Made by a program: the position numbers and the translations under genes | Part shown: piece by piece, positions 26,619-40,194 of the stretch | Numbering within the stretch: the stretch's first letter is position 1 | Layout of the letters: every line of letters starts with the position of its first letter | NCBI GenBank assembly: GCA_964016885.1 | Contig: OZ024746.1 | Location: forward strand, 77,252,001-77,316,000 | Reading direction: 5' to 3' | Length of the DNA: 64,000 nucleotides | Origin: Eledone cirrhosa | Taxonomy: Eukaryota | Notes under the pieces: generated by a model | Database searches by the model: none | What the model saw: only the letters and a program-made list of their open reading frames with translations | Told to the model about the DNA's origin: nothing

Positions 26619-26754
26619 CTTACACACACATATATTTGTACATGAGGGTAGTTATATATGTATATGTGAAGGATATATGTATGAGTGAATAGATGCATAT
26701 ATGTGTATGAGAGTGTATATATATGTCTGAATGTGTATGCATATAAATGTATGA

Positions 26755-26848
<94 letters not shown>

Positions 26849-27532
26849 ATGTTTTCTATTCCCAAATAATTCCCATCAAATAGGCAAACTTAGAAAATCT
26901 ATTTTCAGATCAACCTAATAGATTTTCTTTTCATAACCAATTTCAAATGTTTCTTCTCTTGTTATTTAGCTTTCCTCCAGTTTTTTATTTGGATAAAATA
27001 TATTTCTTTTTGTCTTATTTTTCTTTCCCCTTCAATTTTTTTTTTCTTTTTCTTCTTCTCAAGATCACGGAAGAAATACTTTTTCTTTCGTATTTCTCTG
27101 TCGCATTTTCTTTTCGATTTCTTCAACTGAGAGTTGAATGCCATCTCTATTAACTTTCTTTCTTTTTCAGTTAATCTAATTTAAAATTTTTTTCTCTTTT
27201 TTTTTTTTCTTTTTGCATTCATATTCACTTTTTTTCTGTTTTTTTCGTCATCATCTCTTTTCAAACAAACTCACCTTTCTTCTTTATTCTTTAATTTTCT
27301 TTTATCAGTTCTGTTTCTTCTTTACCTTCATTTTCATCTCCCTTCCAATGTTCCACTCTCTATCTGGTTTCATTCTTTCTAGTTATTTTCTTCTTTCTCA
27401 TACACTTATTTTATATGCTTTTATAACTTTCTCATTCATTCTATTTTTTCATTTTCAATGATTCTCCATATCTTTCTCTCCTCTCCTCTTCTCTTTTTAT
27501 TTATAATATTTCATTTATAAAATACTCTCATG

Positions 27533-27785
27533 TGAAGGTACATGGCTAAGTGGTTAGGGTGTTCGGCTCGTGATCATAAGGTGGTAAGTTCGATTCCTGG
27601 CAGCATATTGTGTCCGTGAGCAAGACACTTTATTTCACATTGTTCCAGTTCACTCAGGTGGCAAAGATGTATTGTACCTGTGATCGAAAGAGCCTGCTTT
27701 GTTACATGATGTGTCATGCTGTGCATTAAAGGTGCACATGTCAGTGGAATGCTCAGCCACTTACGTCTTAATTTCATGAGTAGGC
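27533..27785 (+). mobile_element. tRNA-derived SINE (gagcaagacactttatttcacattg core, different 3' half)
   Basis: A box tggctaagtgg, B box agttcgattcc. Relatives at 45468-45690 (+) and ~51740-51945 (-). Confidence 0.75.
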
Positions 27786-27952
27786 TTCCTTATCTCCAAC
27801 CACTTCAGAGTGTACTGGGTGCATTTTATTATGGCATCAGCATTAGAGAGGTTTTCCTGTCCTTGACACTGAAGAGCTTAGACACACACTCACATAATGA
27901 TAGGACTGCAGTCCCCATCAGTAAAACATCCAAGAAATCTATATCTATATGT

Positions 27953-28295
27953 GGAGGCACATGGCTTAGTGGTTACAGCATTGTCCTTGCAATCGAAAGG
28001 TTGTGAGTTCAATTCTCAGACCGAGTGATGTGTTGTTTCCTTGAGCAAGGCACTTTATTTCACATTGCTCCAGTTTATTCAGCTGTAGAAATGAGATGAT
28101 AGGGACTTGGGTCCCTATCATAGCACTGCAAAGTTGTCGTGTAGGTGCCACGGCAAAAAAGCACCCAGCACTCACTGTAAATGAGGTTGGTGTTAGGAAG
28201 GGCATCCAGCTGTAGAAATCAAGCCAGAATCAGTTCCCGTCCCACCCTTGCAAGCAGGGAAAAGCGGACGTAAAATGAAATGATGATGAATGATG
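27953..28295 (+). mobile_element. Full-length chimeric tRNA-derived SINE with RTE tail
   Basis: A box tggcttagtgg, B box gagttcaattc, core ccttgagcaaggcacttt, RTE-derived 3' half, (GAT)n tail. Confidence 0.9.
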
Positions 28296-29518
28296 AATTG
28301 TTGTGGTAGTCTGGCTAAATCTGTGCTTGTGTGAACTGTAACAGCAACATACGTGTACATACATATGTACACACACAATCTTTCATTCTCTCCCAATTCT
28401 CCTATTTTCTCTTAATTTTCTTTCTGACTTCAGCATCTAAATTCACTCTCATTTGGCTCTTTCTTCTACTCTGTTCTTCTCTCTTCACAGCCCCCTTATC
28501 TCAATTACAAAACACACACACACATACATTTTCAGTGCATCATTTGTTTGCCTTGCCAGCCAACAATAAATCAAGCTTGTTTGCAAAGCATGCTGTTTCT
28601 GCTGGAACTTGTCTTGTGCTTCCATGTTGAGACATGAGTTTTTAAAAGTTTATTTCCAAACAAAATGTCAACAGGTTTTTATGACTTTTAAGTGGTGAAG
28701 TGATTATGGATTTGGAAAGGTGGTGGTGATGAGCCATCAAGTGAGTGGACTGTAATTGTATGGTGGTGCTGTGGTGGAAATTATGTTTGGGGTGACTGGA
28801 TGCCACTCATTGTATAACAGTGTCTGAAAGGCATTCTTTATGCGATATTTTTTTTAGAAGTTATTTTTGGCTTGGCTCTTATTGTTATTGTGATATCCAA
28901 TTCTTGTAGATGTACTTTAAGCTGTTTTGTGTATGTATACTTCTAAGGAAATACACTCTATTTCAATTAAATAATGAATAATTTTGAAGGATTTACTACT
29001 ACTACTATTATTATCGGTAGAGGGTTGGACACTATACTTCGCAACATATAGTTATGTTCTGAGTTCAAATCCTGTTGAGGTTAGCTTTGCCTTTCATCCT
29101 TACGGGGTTGATAAATAAAGCACCAGTAACACACTGGGGGTCGATTTAATCGACTTTCCCCTCCTCCTCTTCAAATTGCTGGCCTTGTGCCTAAAGTAGA
29201 AACCATTATTATTATTATGTCAAAACTAAGATAGTAAGCCATGGTTTTTGTATATGATTATGTTGGAAAATAGAACCAGAGCTGGTTTTTGTTAAGTTGG
29301 TATGAAAAGAGTTAACTGTTTTATGGCAGTATTTCCAATGGAATACATTCTATTTCAATTAATGAAGAATTTTGAGGAATTTGCTAAAATTATTATTTCA
29401 TTACTAACATGATAGTAACTTAACACATGGTTCTTATATAAAATTATGTTGGAAAGTCAATGAAATTGATTCCAGTACATGACTGGTACATTATTTTATC
29501 GACCCCAGAAGATATTAA

Positions 29519-29740
29519 TCCTTTAGCATTTTTATTACTCTATATTTATTATTGTATTTTCAAGGTAAGGGCTTTATCTTACATAATTATCTCACATAAT
29601 ATCAAATCTATGAGATTTTGATATTATTTATTTTGAGAAGAATACCTTAACAAAAGTATGAGTTGCTGGTTATTGTCAGTTCGAACAGAAAGAGGTGAGA
29701 GAATTCTGGCTGGATAAAGCTGGTTTAAATGCTAAAAGAG
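29519..29740 (-). mobile_element. Degenerate copy of the piggyBac-like MITE, reverse orientation
   Basis: Reverse complement of the 17046-17257 internal sequence; one TIR eroded. Confidence 0.7.
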
Positions 29741-30719
29741 CCAGAACAAATGCCAGAAAGCATTTCATCTGACACTAATCATTTTGTCAACCCACCTCCC
29801 TTTCCTACAGAATATTGAACGAAAGCTGTGTGCAGACACACATCCATATCTTTGCAATGAAGTATATTTGCCATGCTTTGTCAATTTGATTTGCTATGTC
29901 TAAGTAGCAGTTACTTCATGTTGCAGGTCATGTCTCACCAGTTATCTAAAATAATTGGATGAGATCTTAAAATTCCAATTCTTGTCATGCTAACAAGAGC
30001 AGATATTTTATATCATCTCTCCTGTTATAGCTGTAGAATTATCTTTTTTTTAACCCCCTCACCCCCTCATTTTTGAAGAACTGCAGATATAATGCTAGCA
30101 GCTTAGAGATAGGATGTGGCTTCTGTAAAGAACTGCTGTGGCATGAGTCTGCAGCAGGGAAGCTTATTTTATTTTCTAAGAATTGTCTAAATTTCTTAAA
30201 TATGTTGTTGTCATCATCTATTATTGTATAACCATTTAGCATATATCAAGAAACTTGCCAAATAAAAGGGTTGAGAAGACTCTTCAGTTGTGTCATGTAC
30301 ATGACAACCTCTCTAATGTCAGTGCAACTACAAAACCCATCCAGTAAACTCTGTAAAGTGGTTGGTGATATTCAGGGCATCCAGCCATAGAAAACTTGCC
30401 AGGAGGACTTTTCAGTTGTGTCTAAGACATGACTAGCTTGCTAATCCTGGTGTCATGAAATGTACCAGGTGTACTGTATAATGTGTTGGAATGTAAGTGA
30501 GATGTGGGACCCTTGGCCCACCTCAGAAGTCAGTAGCTGTGATTGTATTGGTTTGGTCTGTGACAATATAGGACGATGATGTCACATTTAATTGATGTTC
30601 ATCAAAAGATTTTAATGTCAGTTATTGTTTATTCAGTAAAAGTGTGCAGCCTGGTGGTTAGCTTATTATCGTATGGTCATGGGTTTGATTCTTGCTCACT
30701 AGTAATAATACTATAAGCA

Positions 30720-30985
30720 TTTAACAAACCTGTCTTTAGATACTTTTTGCTAAATCATTACAGGATATTAGTAGTTAATATTGTACATTTTCACAAATGT
30801 CTGTCTACTAACAAAAATGGTAATTAATAAACCTATTTTTAAATACTTTTTGCTGAATCATTCAGGATGTTAGTAAATAATACTGTACATTTTCACAAAG
30901 TCTGTCCACTAGCAAGGATACTTCAAACATTTAAATTAACGTGTTTTTAGATATTTTCTGTTAAATCATTACAGGATGTTAAGAG
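30720..30985 (-). repeat. Right arm of the long inverted repeat (~2.5 units), complementary to 12849-13140
   Basis: Ends in taaatcattacaggatgttaagag, the exact reverse complement of 12849-12872. Confidence 0.8.
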
Positions 30986-31053
30986 ATTTATATATATATT
31001 TATTGAAGGAAAAAAAACAAAAACAAACAAATTATTTTGTAATATATTTTCAG

Positions 31054-31226
31054 AGATGTTGTGGCCTGAAAATCTTCGCTCTGTTGTTAGAGACATTGTA
31101 AACCCGGCATGGAAACAGATGTACCCTTTACGTGAAGATGTTAATTTGCAATTATTCCAACCATTGGCAGAGCTTCATGCCAATGTTAATTTTGACAAAC
31201 AGTTCAAATTGAACGAAAGGCAGGAG
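31054..31226 (+). CDS. SMG5: Next internal exon of the SMG5-like gene: (E)MLWPENLRSVVRDIVNPAWKQMYPLREDVNLQLFQPLAELHANVNFDKQFKLNERQE
   Basis: ttttcag acceptor and GAG|gtatgt donor. Phase matches the upstream exon (G+AG=Glu). L.ED..L....PL...H...NFD resembles SMG5 LPEDMALRNLPPLRAAHRRFNFD (recalled). Confidence 0.85.
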
Positions 31227-31462
31227 GTATGTAAAAAGAATGACTTTATTTATTCACTAATTCAATGTCTTTATTTATTTATTTAATTATTTATTTATTT
31301 TTATTATTGGCATTTCTTTCATGGTCTCTTTATGGTCGCAACACCTTTGAGACCTATTTTGTGTTTTACTCAGTCAGTTTTTAAATGCTAAAGGGTTAAT
31401 GCATAATGTTATGATGTAAAGTATTTATATTTATCTAAAAACTTTCCAACAAACAGCCTAGT

Positions 31463-34400
31463 ATAATAATAATAATAATAATAATATTATTGTGTAAAGT
31501 GCTCAGGTGCACTACAACTCGTCAAAGGTGTATGTATAGTACACAGAATAATACACAAATGTCGGGGAAGTGAATAGTGTATGAGTCATGGTATACATGT
31601 GTATGTGTATGGAGGCGGAACATTAGCTGTAGTGTTGGCGGATCTCAACAGCTAACAACTGATGCAGATAGTTTGTTCCATGCTTCAGCAAATTCTAAGT
31701 GTGGCCGCACCATAGCCATGTACAGCCTTAAATAGATATCTGGAGAGCGGCTGACAAAGGTCTTACTGAGTGATGCTAAGACACCCTTGGCCCTCTTGAC
31801 AATTTTAGAGATGTGCTTCGTCCAACGCAAATCGCTGCTGACCGTAATGCCCAGGTCACGTTCACAAGAAGACTTCTTGATATTAGTGCTGTGGAGGGAG
31901 TATGTGAACGCTGGGTTTTTACTCCCAAAATGCATGGTGGTGCACTTGTCCACAGCTAGCTTGAGTTGCCAGTCTGAGATCCATTGTTGCATTGTGTCCA
32001 GGTCAGACTGCAAGCAAGATCTATAGTGTTCAGGATCTGTCCTTTTTATCTCAAGGTACAGCTTGATGTCATCTGCGTACTTTAGTACCGTGGCATTCTT
32101 TAAGTTGGCATCTATGTCATTAATATATGCCACAAACAAAAGGGGGCCAAGAACAGATCCCTGTGGTACACCAGATGACATCTCATATGGTGAGGAATGC
32201 TGTCCCAGAACCGTGACTACCTCTCTTCGACTGAGAATGAAGGACTTCAACCAGTTAAAAAGATCATCCTTCACACCCATTGCAGAGAGTTTTGCCATAA
32301 GCCTTTTGTGTGGCACAGAATTGAAGGTTTTCGCAAAGTCAAGGTAAACAACATCCACCCATGAGCCGCCATCAGTGATCCAAGAAACTCTATAAGTTGA
32401 TCACAGCAGCTGGAGTTGGGGATAAATCCAAATTGCGAGGGCCGGATAAGACTGTGAGAGCTCCAGAAGTTCCAAAGTGTTTCTCTGACACAGGATTCCA
32501 TCAGTTTGGCGATGCAACTAGTAAGACTGACTGGACGATAGTTCACAGGTGATGTGCAGTCACCCTTTTTGAACAGAGGAATGACACTGGCAGTTTTCCA
32601 CTGTTCTGGAGTAGCACCGTTGTTCAGGCAGAATTGGAAGAAGCGTGATAACTGGTGCAGAAAGAAGAACCCACCACGTTTAAGAAGCAGGTACGTAACA
32701 CCATCAAGACCAGGAGAGGCATGGTTGCGTTTATTTTTTAGGTGACGTCGCAGCATTGCAGGTGTAAATTCCATGGTTGTAATAGAGTCCGGTGTCATAG
32801 GTGGTGGAGATGGTACACTCTGGTCTTCAATAGTGAAAATGCCTGCATAGCATTCAGCAATGAGCTCTGCGCATTCCTTGGGGTCGTCAGTAACCTGGCT
32901 TGTGTGGGGATTGCGAAGAGGACCAACTGGAGAGTGAGGCCTCTGCTTTGAGTGAACATACTTCCAGAACACTTTACTGTCAGGGTTGGTTGCTATGCGC
33001 TGCTCAAATTGAAGCACTGCCTTTTTTGTCACCTGTTTGAGGTGGTTGGACGATCTATTTCGCCTCTTCCTATTAATGTCTGCTTTGTGAAGTTTGTACT
33101 CACGTTCAGCATTACGCCGTTCTCTTCTGGCAAGACGGACTGCTGCAGTCTCCCAAATTGCACTTTTGGGATGTTTTTTCCGCTTACGTAGCACCGATGC
33201 TGCACATGCTGTCCATATTGAGCTCAGGATGTTCTGGAGTACAGTGTTGACATCTCCAGAGTCGTAGAACTCAAGCCAGTTTGGCCGTTGCAACTCGGTG
33301 CAGTAACAGTTCCAGTCTGCTTTATTCCAGTCAAAGTGAGCAGTTTGGAGATGGTTGTGGTTCTTGTTACTGCCCATGAGGGATAGATTGGCAATGATCA
33401 TAGCATGATCAGAGTCACCTAAAGGTTCCTCAGCAGTAACACTAATGACCGTTTCAGGAGTAGTGGTGAAGAGTAGGTCCAAAGTGTTGTCACCTCTTGT
33501 TGGGGAGGTGACCACTTGGGACCAACTCGAGTCCAGCACTAGTTCAAGGAAGTTATTTGCACTTGGCGGCCAACGAAAGGTTTCCCAGTCAATCTCAGGG
33601 TGATTGAAGTCTCCTGCAATGAAAAAATAAGTGGCTGTCTTCCTGGCAGCAGCTCTGAGGATATCACAAAGTTGAGTGTCCTGATGGTAATTTGGGGGAC
33701 GGTAAATGACTCCAAGTAGCAGTGTTGACATGGTCATACGTATATCGCAGAAAAAAACTTCCTGTTGTGATTGGTTCAAATCAACACAAGGAATTGCCGA
33801 CAGATTTGACCGAACGTAGACCATTACACCACCACCACGACGATTAATGCGGTCTTTACGAAACAGGTTTTAGCCAGTCATGCTGAAAACCCCATCACAG
33901 AGTAAGTGATGTGCCCAAGTTTCCGTGACTGTAATGAAGTCCGGGTTGATACTTTTGACATAGGAGTCAAAAAGATGAATCTTATTGCATAGACTACGTG
34001 CATTCAAGGACAACAATTTGTACCTTGATTCCAGTCTATGATTATGTGCAGGGGATGGCAGGTTGTTCTGATTTAGTTTCCCAGAGTTTTTTCAGTTTCT
34101 TTATTGTCAGTTGTTGTGGGTACAGTGTTTTCAGACCAGCTGGTATCTCTTTTCCATGTTTCGCCAGCCTTAACAAACTTCCATATCTGCCCGTCATCTC
34201 GTAGGCTGAAGCTTTCATGTTCTGCCGAGCTGCGGTTTAAGGAAGCTGCAGCACGCAACTTTGGGCGGACATCAGGTGGAAGACCAGGGCGTGTTCGGAA
34301 AGCAATCCGACTTTCACGCCTAGCTTTATCAGAGGCTACAAAGTATGAATGTGCTTCAGTTGAGTTTGAAAACGACAGTCTAATTAGTCTGGGTTTCGGG

Positions 34401-34470
34401 CCTGGTCGGCCAAGGTGTAGAGAGCCAAGAGTGTTCAAACAGAACATACTTCATAGATACTGCATAAAAT
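31463..34470 (-). mobile_element. CR1/L2-group LINE, decayed: ORF1 remnant plus ORF2 (EN, RT), (TTA)n tail
   Basis: ORF1-like LGRPGPKPRLIRLSF. ORF2 has NARS, TETW, GDFNHP, SDH, YLDFAK, PQGSVLGPLLF and YADD, with a stop, a frameshift near 32360 and a C-terminal deletion. Confidence 0.9.
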
Positions 34471-34846
34471 AATCTTACAGCATATATATATATTTTATAT
34501 GAATCTGTAAAAGAAATTAGATCAATAAAATGTAAATTATGAAATGATGTCCTTACAAGTAATTTTATCTACAGACACCTATATTAAATGACAATAGTAA
34601 TTTTATTAACAGCAATTTAATTAGTAGAAAAATAATATTAGTTACCATAGAGCCACTGTATGAATAGTAGTGTAAAAGTAATATGATATTGTTGTAGTAA
34701 GAGCAATATCTAACAGTGAAAGCATGTAAAACTTTTTATCTGAAACAACAGTCTAAGCAACATATTGACAATGGATTAGCAAAATTGTTAGTGTCGGATA
34801 AAATATTTTGTAGTATTCGCTCCAGCTCTTAATGTTTTGAGTTTAA

Positions 34847-35054
34847 CCCATTAGCATTTAAACCAGCCATATCTGGCCAGAATTCTCTCATATCTTTCTG
34901 TTCTAACTGGCTGTAACTGGCAGCACATGCTTATGTTAAGGTATTGTTCTCAAAATAAATAATATCAAAACTGCATAGATTCAATATTATGTGAGGTAAA
35001 GTGTTTACCGTGAAAATACAATAGTAAATATAGAGTAATGTAAATGCTAAAGGG
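34847..35054 (+). mobile_element. piggyBac-like MITE inserted in a SINE B-box region
   Basis: TTAA at 34843-34846 and 35055-35058. The flanks rejoin as gagtttaaatgccaccgagg. Confidence 0.85.
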
Positions 35055-35147
35055 TTAAATGCCACCGAGGCTAGATGAGTTGGGGAGGGGGGGGGATACC
35101 TTGCTCTGACATGGTTTCTATAGCTAGATGCCCTTCCTAGCATCAAC

Positions 35148-35385
35148 TACTTTACAAAGTGAACACAGTGTATTTTATCATGGCCTCAAGATCTAAGACT
35201 TTACAAAGTGTATTGGGTGTATTTTATTGTGACACCAGCACTGCCACTTTAGTGTGTACTAGGTGTATTTTATCATGGCTGGCACCAGCACTACCACTTT
35301 GCAGAGTGTACTGGGTGCATTTTATCATGGCACCAACACGTCCACATTACAGAGTTTATTGGGTGCATTTTATTGTGCACCAGAA
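35148..35385. repeat. Short degenerate array (~5 units) of the same ~45-bp sub-repeat as 1865-4613
   Basis: cactttgcagagtgtactgggtgcattttatcatggcacc units. Confidence 0.75.
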
Positions 35386-38300
35386 CAAGAGATCATTATG
35401 TACTCAGCAGGGTTAAAGGGAATCTCTCCACCACTCCATATATACATGCATACATGCATACACATATTTGCACATACATACATTCATGTATCTGTACATA
35501 CATACATTCACATATCTGTACATATATATATTCACACATACATACACACATACATTCACACATACGTACATACATTCATGCTCACGCATATACACACGCA
35601 CATATACACACACATAATTACACAGACGCATACATTGTTAATGTTAAAAACTTCTGTAGTAAGAAACTTTAGATAATGAAGTATTGGTAGTTAGATATAG
35701 CACAAGGAGGAAAAATAGTTCAAAAACTAGGTCTATTATAAACCTTTAGATTAACACTGACAGATGACAGAGAGATAAATTTGTTGCTAAATAATTTCAA
35801 ATATAATAATTTCAAATTGAACTGCTATTGCTGTTGATTTTACATATTATAGGTTGTTTTTGTTTAGCTCCAGGTCAAATCAGCAGATCTTTGCTCAATG
35901 GCATTCATTCTAGCTGTGACCATCTTCTCAGTTTAGAGTCTAGTGGTTAGTGTTGAACTCATGGTTCCCAGATCAGGTGACAAGTCTGTTTTTATGGGGT
36001 TTTTTTAGGCCACTTGGCTGGTAAAAAAGAAAAAAAAGAAAAAAAAAAAAAAGAGTTGTGATGACTCTAGTGCTAAGCTATATTGACCTTTGCCTTTTCC
36101 TTGGATAACATCAGTGTCATAGAGAGAAAAGACTAGCAAGCTTAGGTAACTGCTTATTGCCTACAAACATATTGTGCAGGTTTGGAGAGGAACTTTTCAG
36201 ATGCAAACCCATGGTCTGTCATGACTGAAAGGGGATCTCTTTTCAAGGCTACGTTTTCAAAAGTGTCTTTTTTTTAAAGATGGTAGAGTGTAACTTGCAT
36301 GAGATATGGTTGTTGTTTCTAGCAGTGTGAATAACCACATAATGGTTCACTTGTTGACTTGTCTTCAACTTCTTTTGGGTTAATAAAAAAAAAAGTATCA
36401 GCAGCATACATATAGTCATAGACTCAGGCATGGTTGTGTGGCTAACAAGTTTGCTTTGCAACCACATAGTTTTAGTTTCAATATTACTGCAGGGTATCTT
36501 GGGCAAATGTCTGCTACAATAGCCTCTGGCCAACCGATGCCTTGTGATTGAATTTAGTATGTATATTACTATGTCCCCCAGCCCATCACTGCTTCACCAT
36601 CCTGGCAAATGATGCAACAAACGCTCTAAGCTTGAAAATGTCAGTGCTGGTGCCAAAACAGAATGCACTCAACCCACATTGTAAAGTGGTAGCGCTGGTA
36701 CCATGATAAAAGCACCCAGTCCACCTTGTTAGAGGCCAGCCAAATTTATGTAGCAGTGATCTATAACAACAACAACACATAGCTATGCACACACACACAC
36801 ACACGTGTGATAAGACTGGGGCCCCTCTCATTTTATACTCCTGAGAAACCTAGTTCAAGGCCAGCTAAATCTGCATGAGTGTGAGCTGTAAATTTCCTTT
36901 CATTTTCAAATCACAGAGTCTGACTTTTGAAATAGTGTTAAAATATGGACTTTATTGTAATTATTTAATTATTCTTAATAAGCTATTCTTTACAACAGCT
37001 AGTGTGAGCACAGCATGCCACCCACATAGTTAACAGGCTGTATTCTCATTCATCATATCAGCACTTGAACCTTGTTGTCATTTGATGACAATCCTGTGTG
37101 AAGATCTGGTACTTATCAGTGAGTTCAGAGACTAAAACCATGTACTTGGGAACCAACTGAAGAGGTGTACTTGTCTTGAACGGTTTCAAATTAAGATTGT
37201 ATACAAAACTACTTGAGCTAATAGATAAAAGAGAAGTGCTTTCTAGAGAGGGCACTCTTGGTGAAAGCAAGATTCTTTCCTTCTTATGTAATGAATGTTA
37301 CTTAAATTCATTTGAAAAGGTCTCTTCAGAATATAGAGGAGAATATGTGTGCTTTTATTTTTTCCTTTATTTCTAATTTATAAAATAATAAAAAAAATAA
37401 CAACAAAAGAGTAAATATGTAAACGCCATATTGTCTTGGGCAATAAAGAGTTGCTAGTATCGTCACCATCATCATCATTAACATCTGTTGGCTGGTTGGT
37501 TTGGTTTCAGATGTCAGAAAGGGAGCAAAATAGAAAGAGAGATAATTAACATGTGTGTCGAAGTAGTAGTATACATACTGCCCAAAGTGGCTTGTGAGAG
37601 ACAGGGAGAGATGTTGGTCGCAGTAGTATTACACATACTGACTAAAGTGACTGGTAAATAGAGAGAGAGAGGGAGAGAGAGATAGTCCAAAGAACCCTGG
37701 AGGCACGTGCTTACACATACATACAGAAAAGTAAATGTCTATTTATAACAACTGTACAAAGTTTTTGTTTCAATCTTTCTTTGTTATCTTTCACAACCAG
37801 AATAAACATATAAAATATATATCATCTTTTTCTCAAGTTACTGCTTTCTTTTAATACTATATTTGTAGTATTAAATCCATCATTAAAAAAAAATTCAACA
37901 TGTTTTCATACTCAACATCATACATTCCTTTACAATAGATTTGTAATGTTACAGACTTAGTAAATTCATCATCATCATACGTCCGCTTTTCCCTGCTTGC
38001 AAGGGTGGGACCTTTTTATTAATATATATCCTTGTCCAACCCATGCTAGTGTGGAACACAAGCATAAAACTGATCTACTGTTTACCACATTAGTAGACAT
38101 ATACTTCCAAATTTACAAGATAGAAAACAGTACAGCTCCCATGACTTTTGGAAACATTTTTTCATGCTCAGAGTTGCTGAAACATGGAACAAACTACTTG
38201 CATCAGTTGTTAGTTGTTGGGACACTGCATCCTTCAAAACTTGCATGCTTCTTGAAATTCGCCAACACTACACCTGATATTCCCCCTCCATACACATACA

Positions 38301-38438
38301 CATGCACGCATGTGTGTGTGTCTGTGTGTATATCATGACTCATACACTGTTCACTTTCCTGACATTTGTACATTATTCTTTGTACAATACATGCAGTATG
38401 ATGAGTTGTAGTACACCTTAGTACTGTACACAATTTTC

Positions 38439-38487
<49 letters not shown>

Positions 38488-38489
38488 TG

Positions 38490-39032
38490 ATGGTAGTTAC
38501 GGAGTAGGTAGACCCAGAAAAACCTACGACGATCTGATAAATTCCGACCTTACATACTTGCACCTCTCTAAGACAATGTCACTGGACCCAGATCTTTGGG
38601 CGCTACGCAGTAATACAGAAGACCCACCTCGCCTATGTACAAAGCGAAACCTACAGTCAGTAGGCACCTCTTAACCAAATATACACCCCAAGCCTATCCT
38701 TCCACTCCCACCAACACCACCCTCTCTCTGTAAAGTTAGTACACAACATCCAGTCCAAATAAATGAGATAATGAGATCGAGATCGTGTAGGTGTCACGAC
38801 AAAAAAAACACACAGTCCACGCTGTAATGTGGCCATGTAGGTAACACAGTAAAAAGTTCCCAGTTCCACACTGTAAATGTGGTTGGTGTTAGGAAGGGCA
38901 TCCAGCCGTAGAAAACCTGCCAGACAGTCCTATATGAGCGAGACACAGTCACCCGACCAACCTTACCTCAAGTGGGACAACTCCTGTCTAACCCATGCTA
39001 GTGTGGAAGATAGACGTTAAACGATGATGATG

Positions 39033-39033
<1 letters not shown>
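38490..39033 (+). mobile_element. RTE subfamily C 3' fragment
   Basis: Encodes GVGRPRKTYDDLINSDLTYLHLSKTM, then UTR and (GAT)n tail running into (TA)n. Confidence 0.85.
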
Positions 39034-39080
<47 letters not shown>

Positions 39081-39084
<4 letters not shown>

Positions 39085-39271
39085 TACTTTGGGAGGTTCA
39101 TGCTGCCAATAAAAACGCACACATCTGTTGGTTTTCACTTCAATTTATTATGTTTCCAGTTGGCTGGTTCAATAACCGGTTATAGAACCAACCAACCAGC
39201 TGGAAACTTATAAGTGAAAACCAACAGGTGGTTGTATTTTTATTGGCAGCATGACCCTCCCAAAGTATAAC
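39081..39271. mobile_element. Foldback (palindromic) MITE
   Basis: gttatactttgggagg.tcatgctgccaataaaaa pairs with ttttattggcagcatgaccctcccaaagtataac; central aaccggtt palindrome. Confidence 0.8.
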
Positions 39272-39348
39272 AATATCTGTTTCAACACACCTTTTCAGAT
39301 AAGAAATCTCGCAAAACAAATTCAAAAACGAATTTTATATATATATAA

Positions 39349-39423
<75 letters not shown>

Positions 39424-40079
39424 GTAAGTATTGAAACAGGTTGTTAGCTGTGGATGTACTTTGATGTAATTGCATGTGTTTGATTATCAGAAATTTTCTT
39501 TCACTAGAGTTGAGATTTACATGCTTTATGTTGTTTACCAGTGTGGAGAAGGTAAGACAGTGTCTCCCACATGGCTTGAGGTCACCAACCCCACCCACCA
39601 CTCCGCACTGTAAAATCCCTCCACACTTAACCCGCCTGTTTCCATAGGGTAGTGAAGATTATCCAGTTGAGTTTATGACAATTTAAATACACTCAGCAAA
39701 GGCACCTGTTGTAGCAATCATGTCAAAAGTGTTTGAGAGGACACTTTACTTGTGTCAGGGGCTCGACAGCCTCTTTGTCTTTATACAATAAACATAACCA
39801 ATACACTCTGTAATGTAGTTAGTTATAGGAAGGGCATCCAGCGATAGAAAACTTGCCAAACGAAAGTGTGTCAAAGGCATGATAACTCCCCTAGTGTTGG
39901 TGCCATGATAAAATGCACTTGGTAAAGTGTGGAAACATATGTCGGCACCCTAGAGGTCTAAGGCTCTGCTTGAGTACTGGCCAGTCTATGATTGCATGTC
40001 CAATCCTTGCTGGCAAGGAAAACGTCATAAACGATGATGACACACACACACACACACACACATGCACACACATATAAAA

Positions 40080-40123
<44 letters not shown>

Positions 40124-40163
40124 TATGTGTGTGTGTATGTATGTGTACACACGCAAAACGATG

Positions 40164-40194
<31 letters not shown>

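Noticed and set aside
31051-31056. Tandem AGAG at both SMG5 acceptors as a frameshifting autoregulatory switch
   Set aside because: AG at exon positions +1/+2 is common by chance and there is no transcript evidence here.
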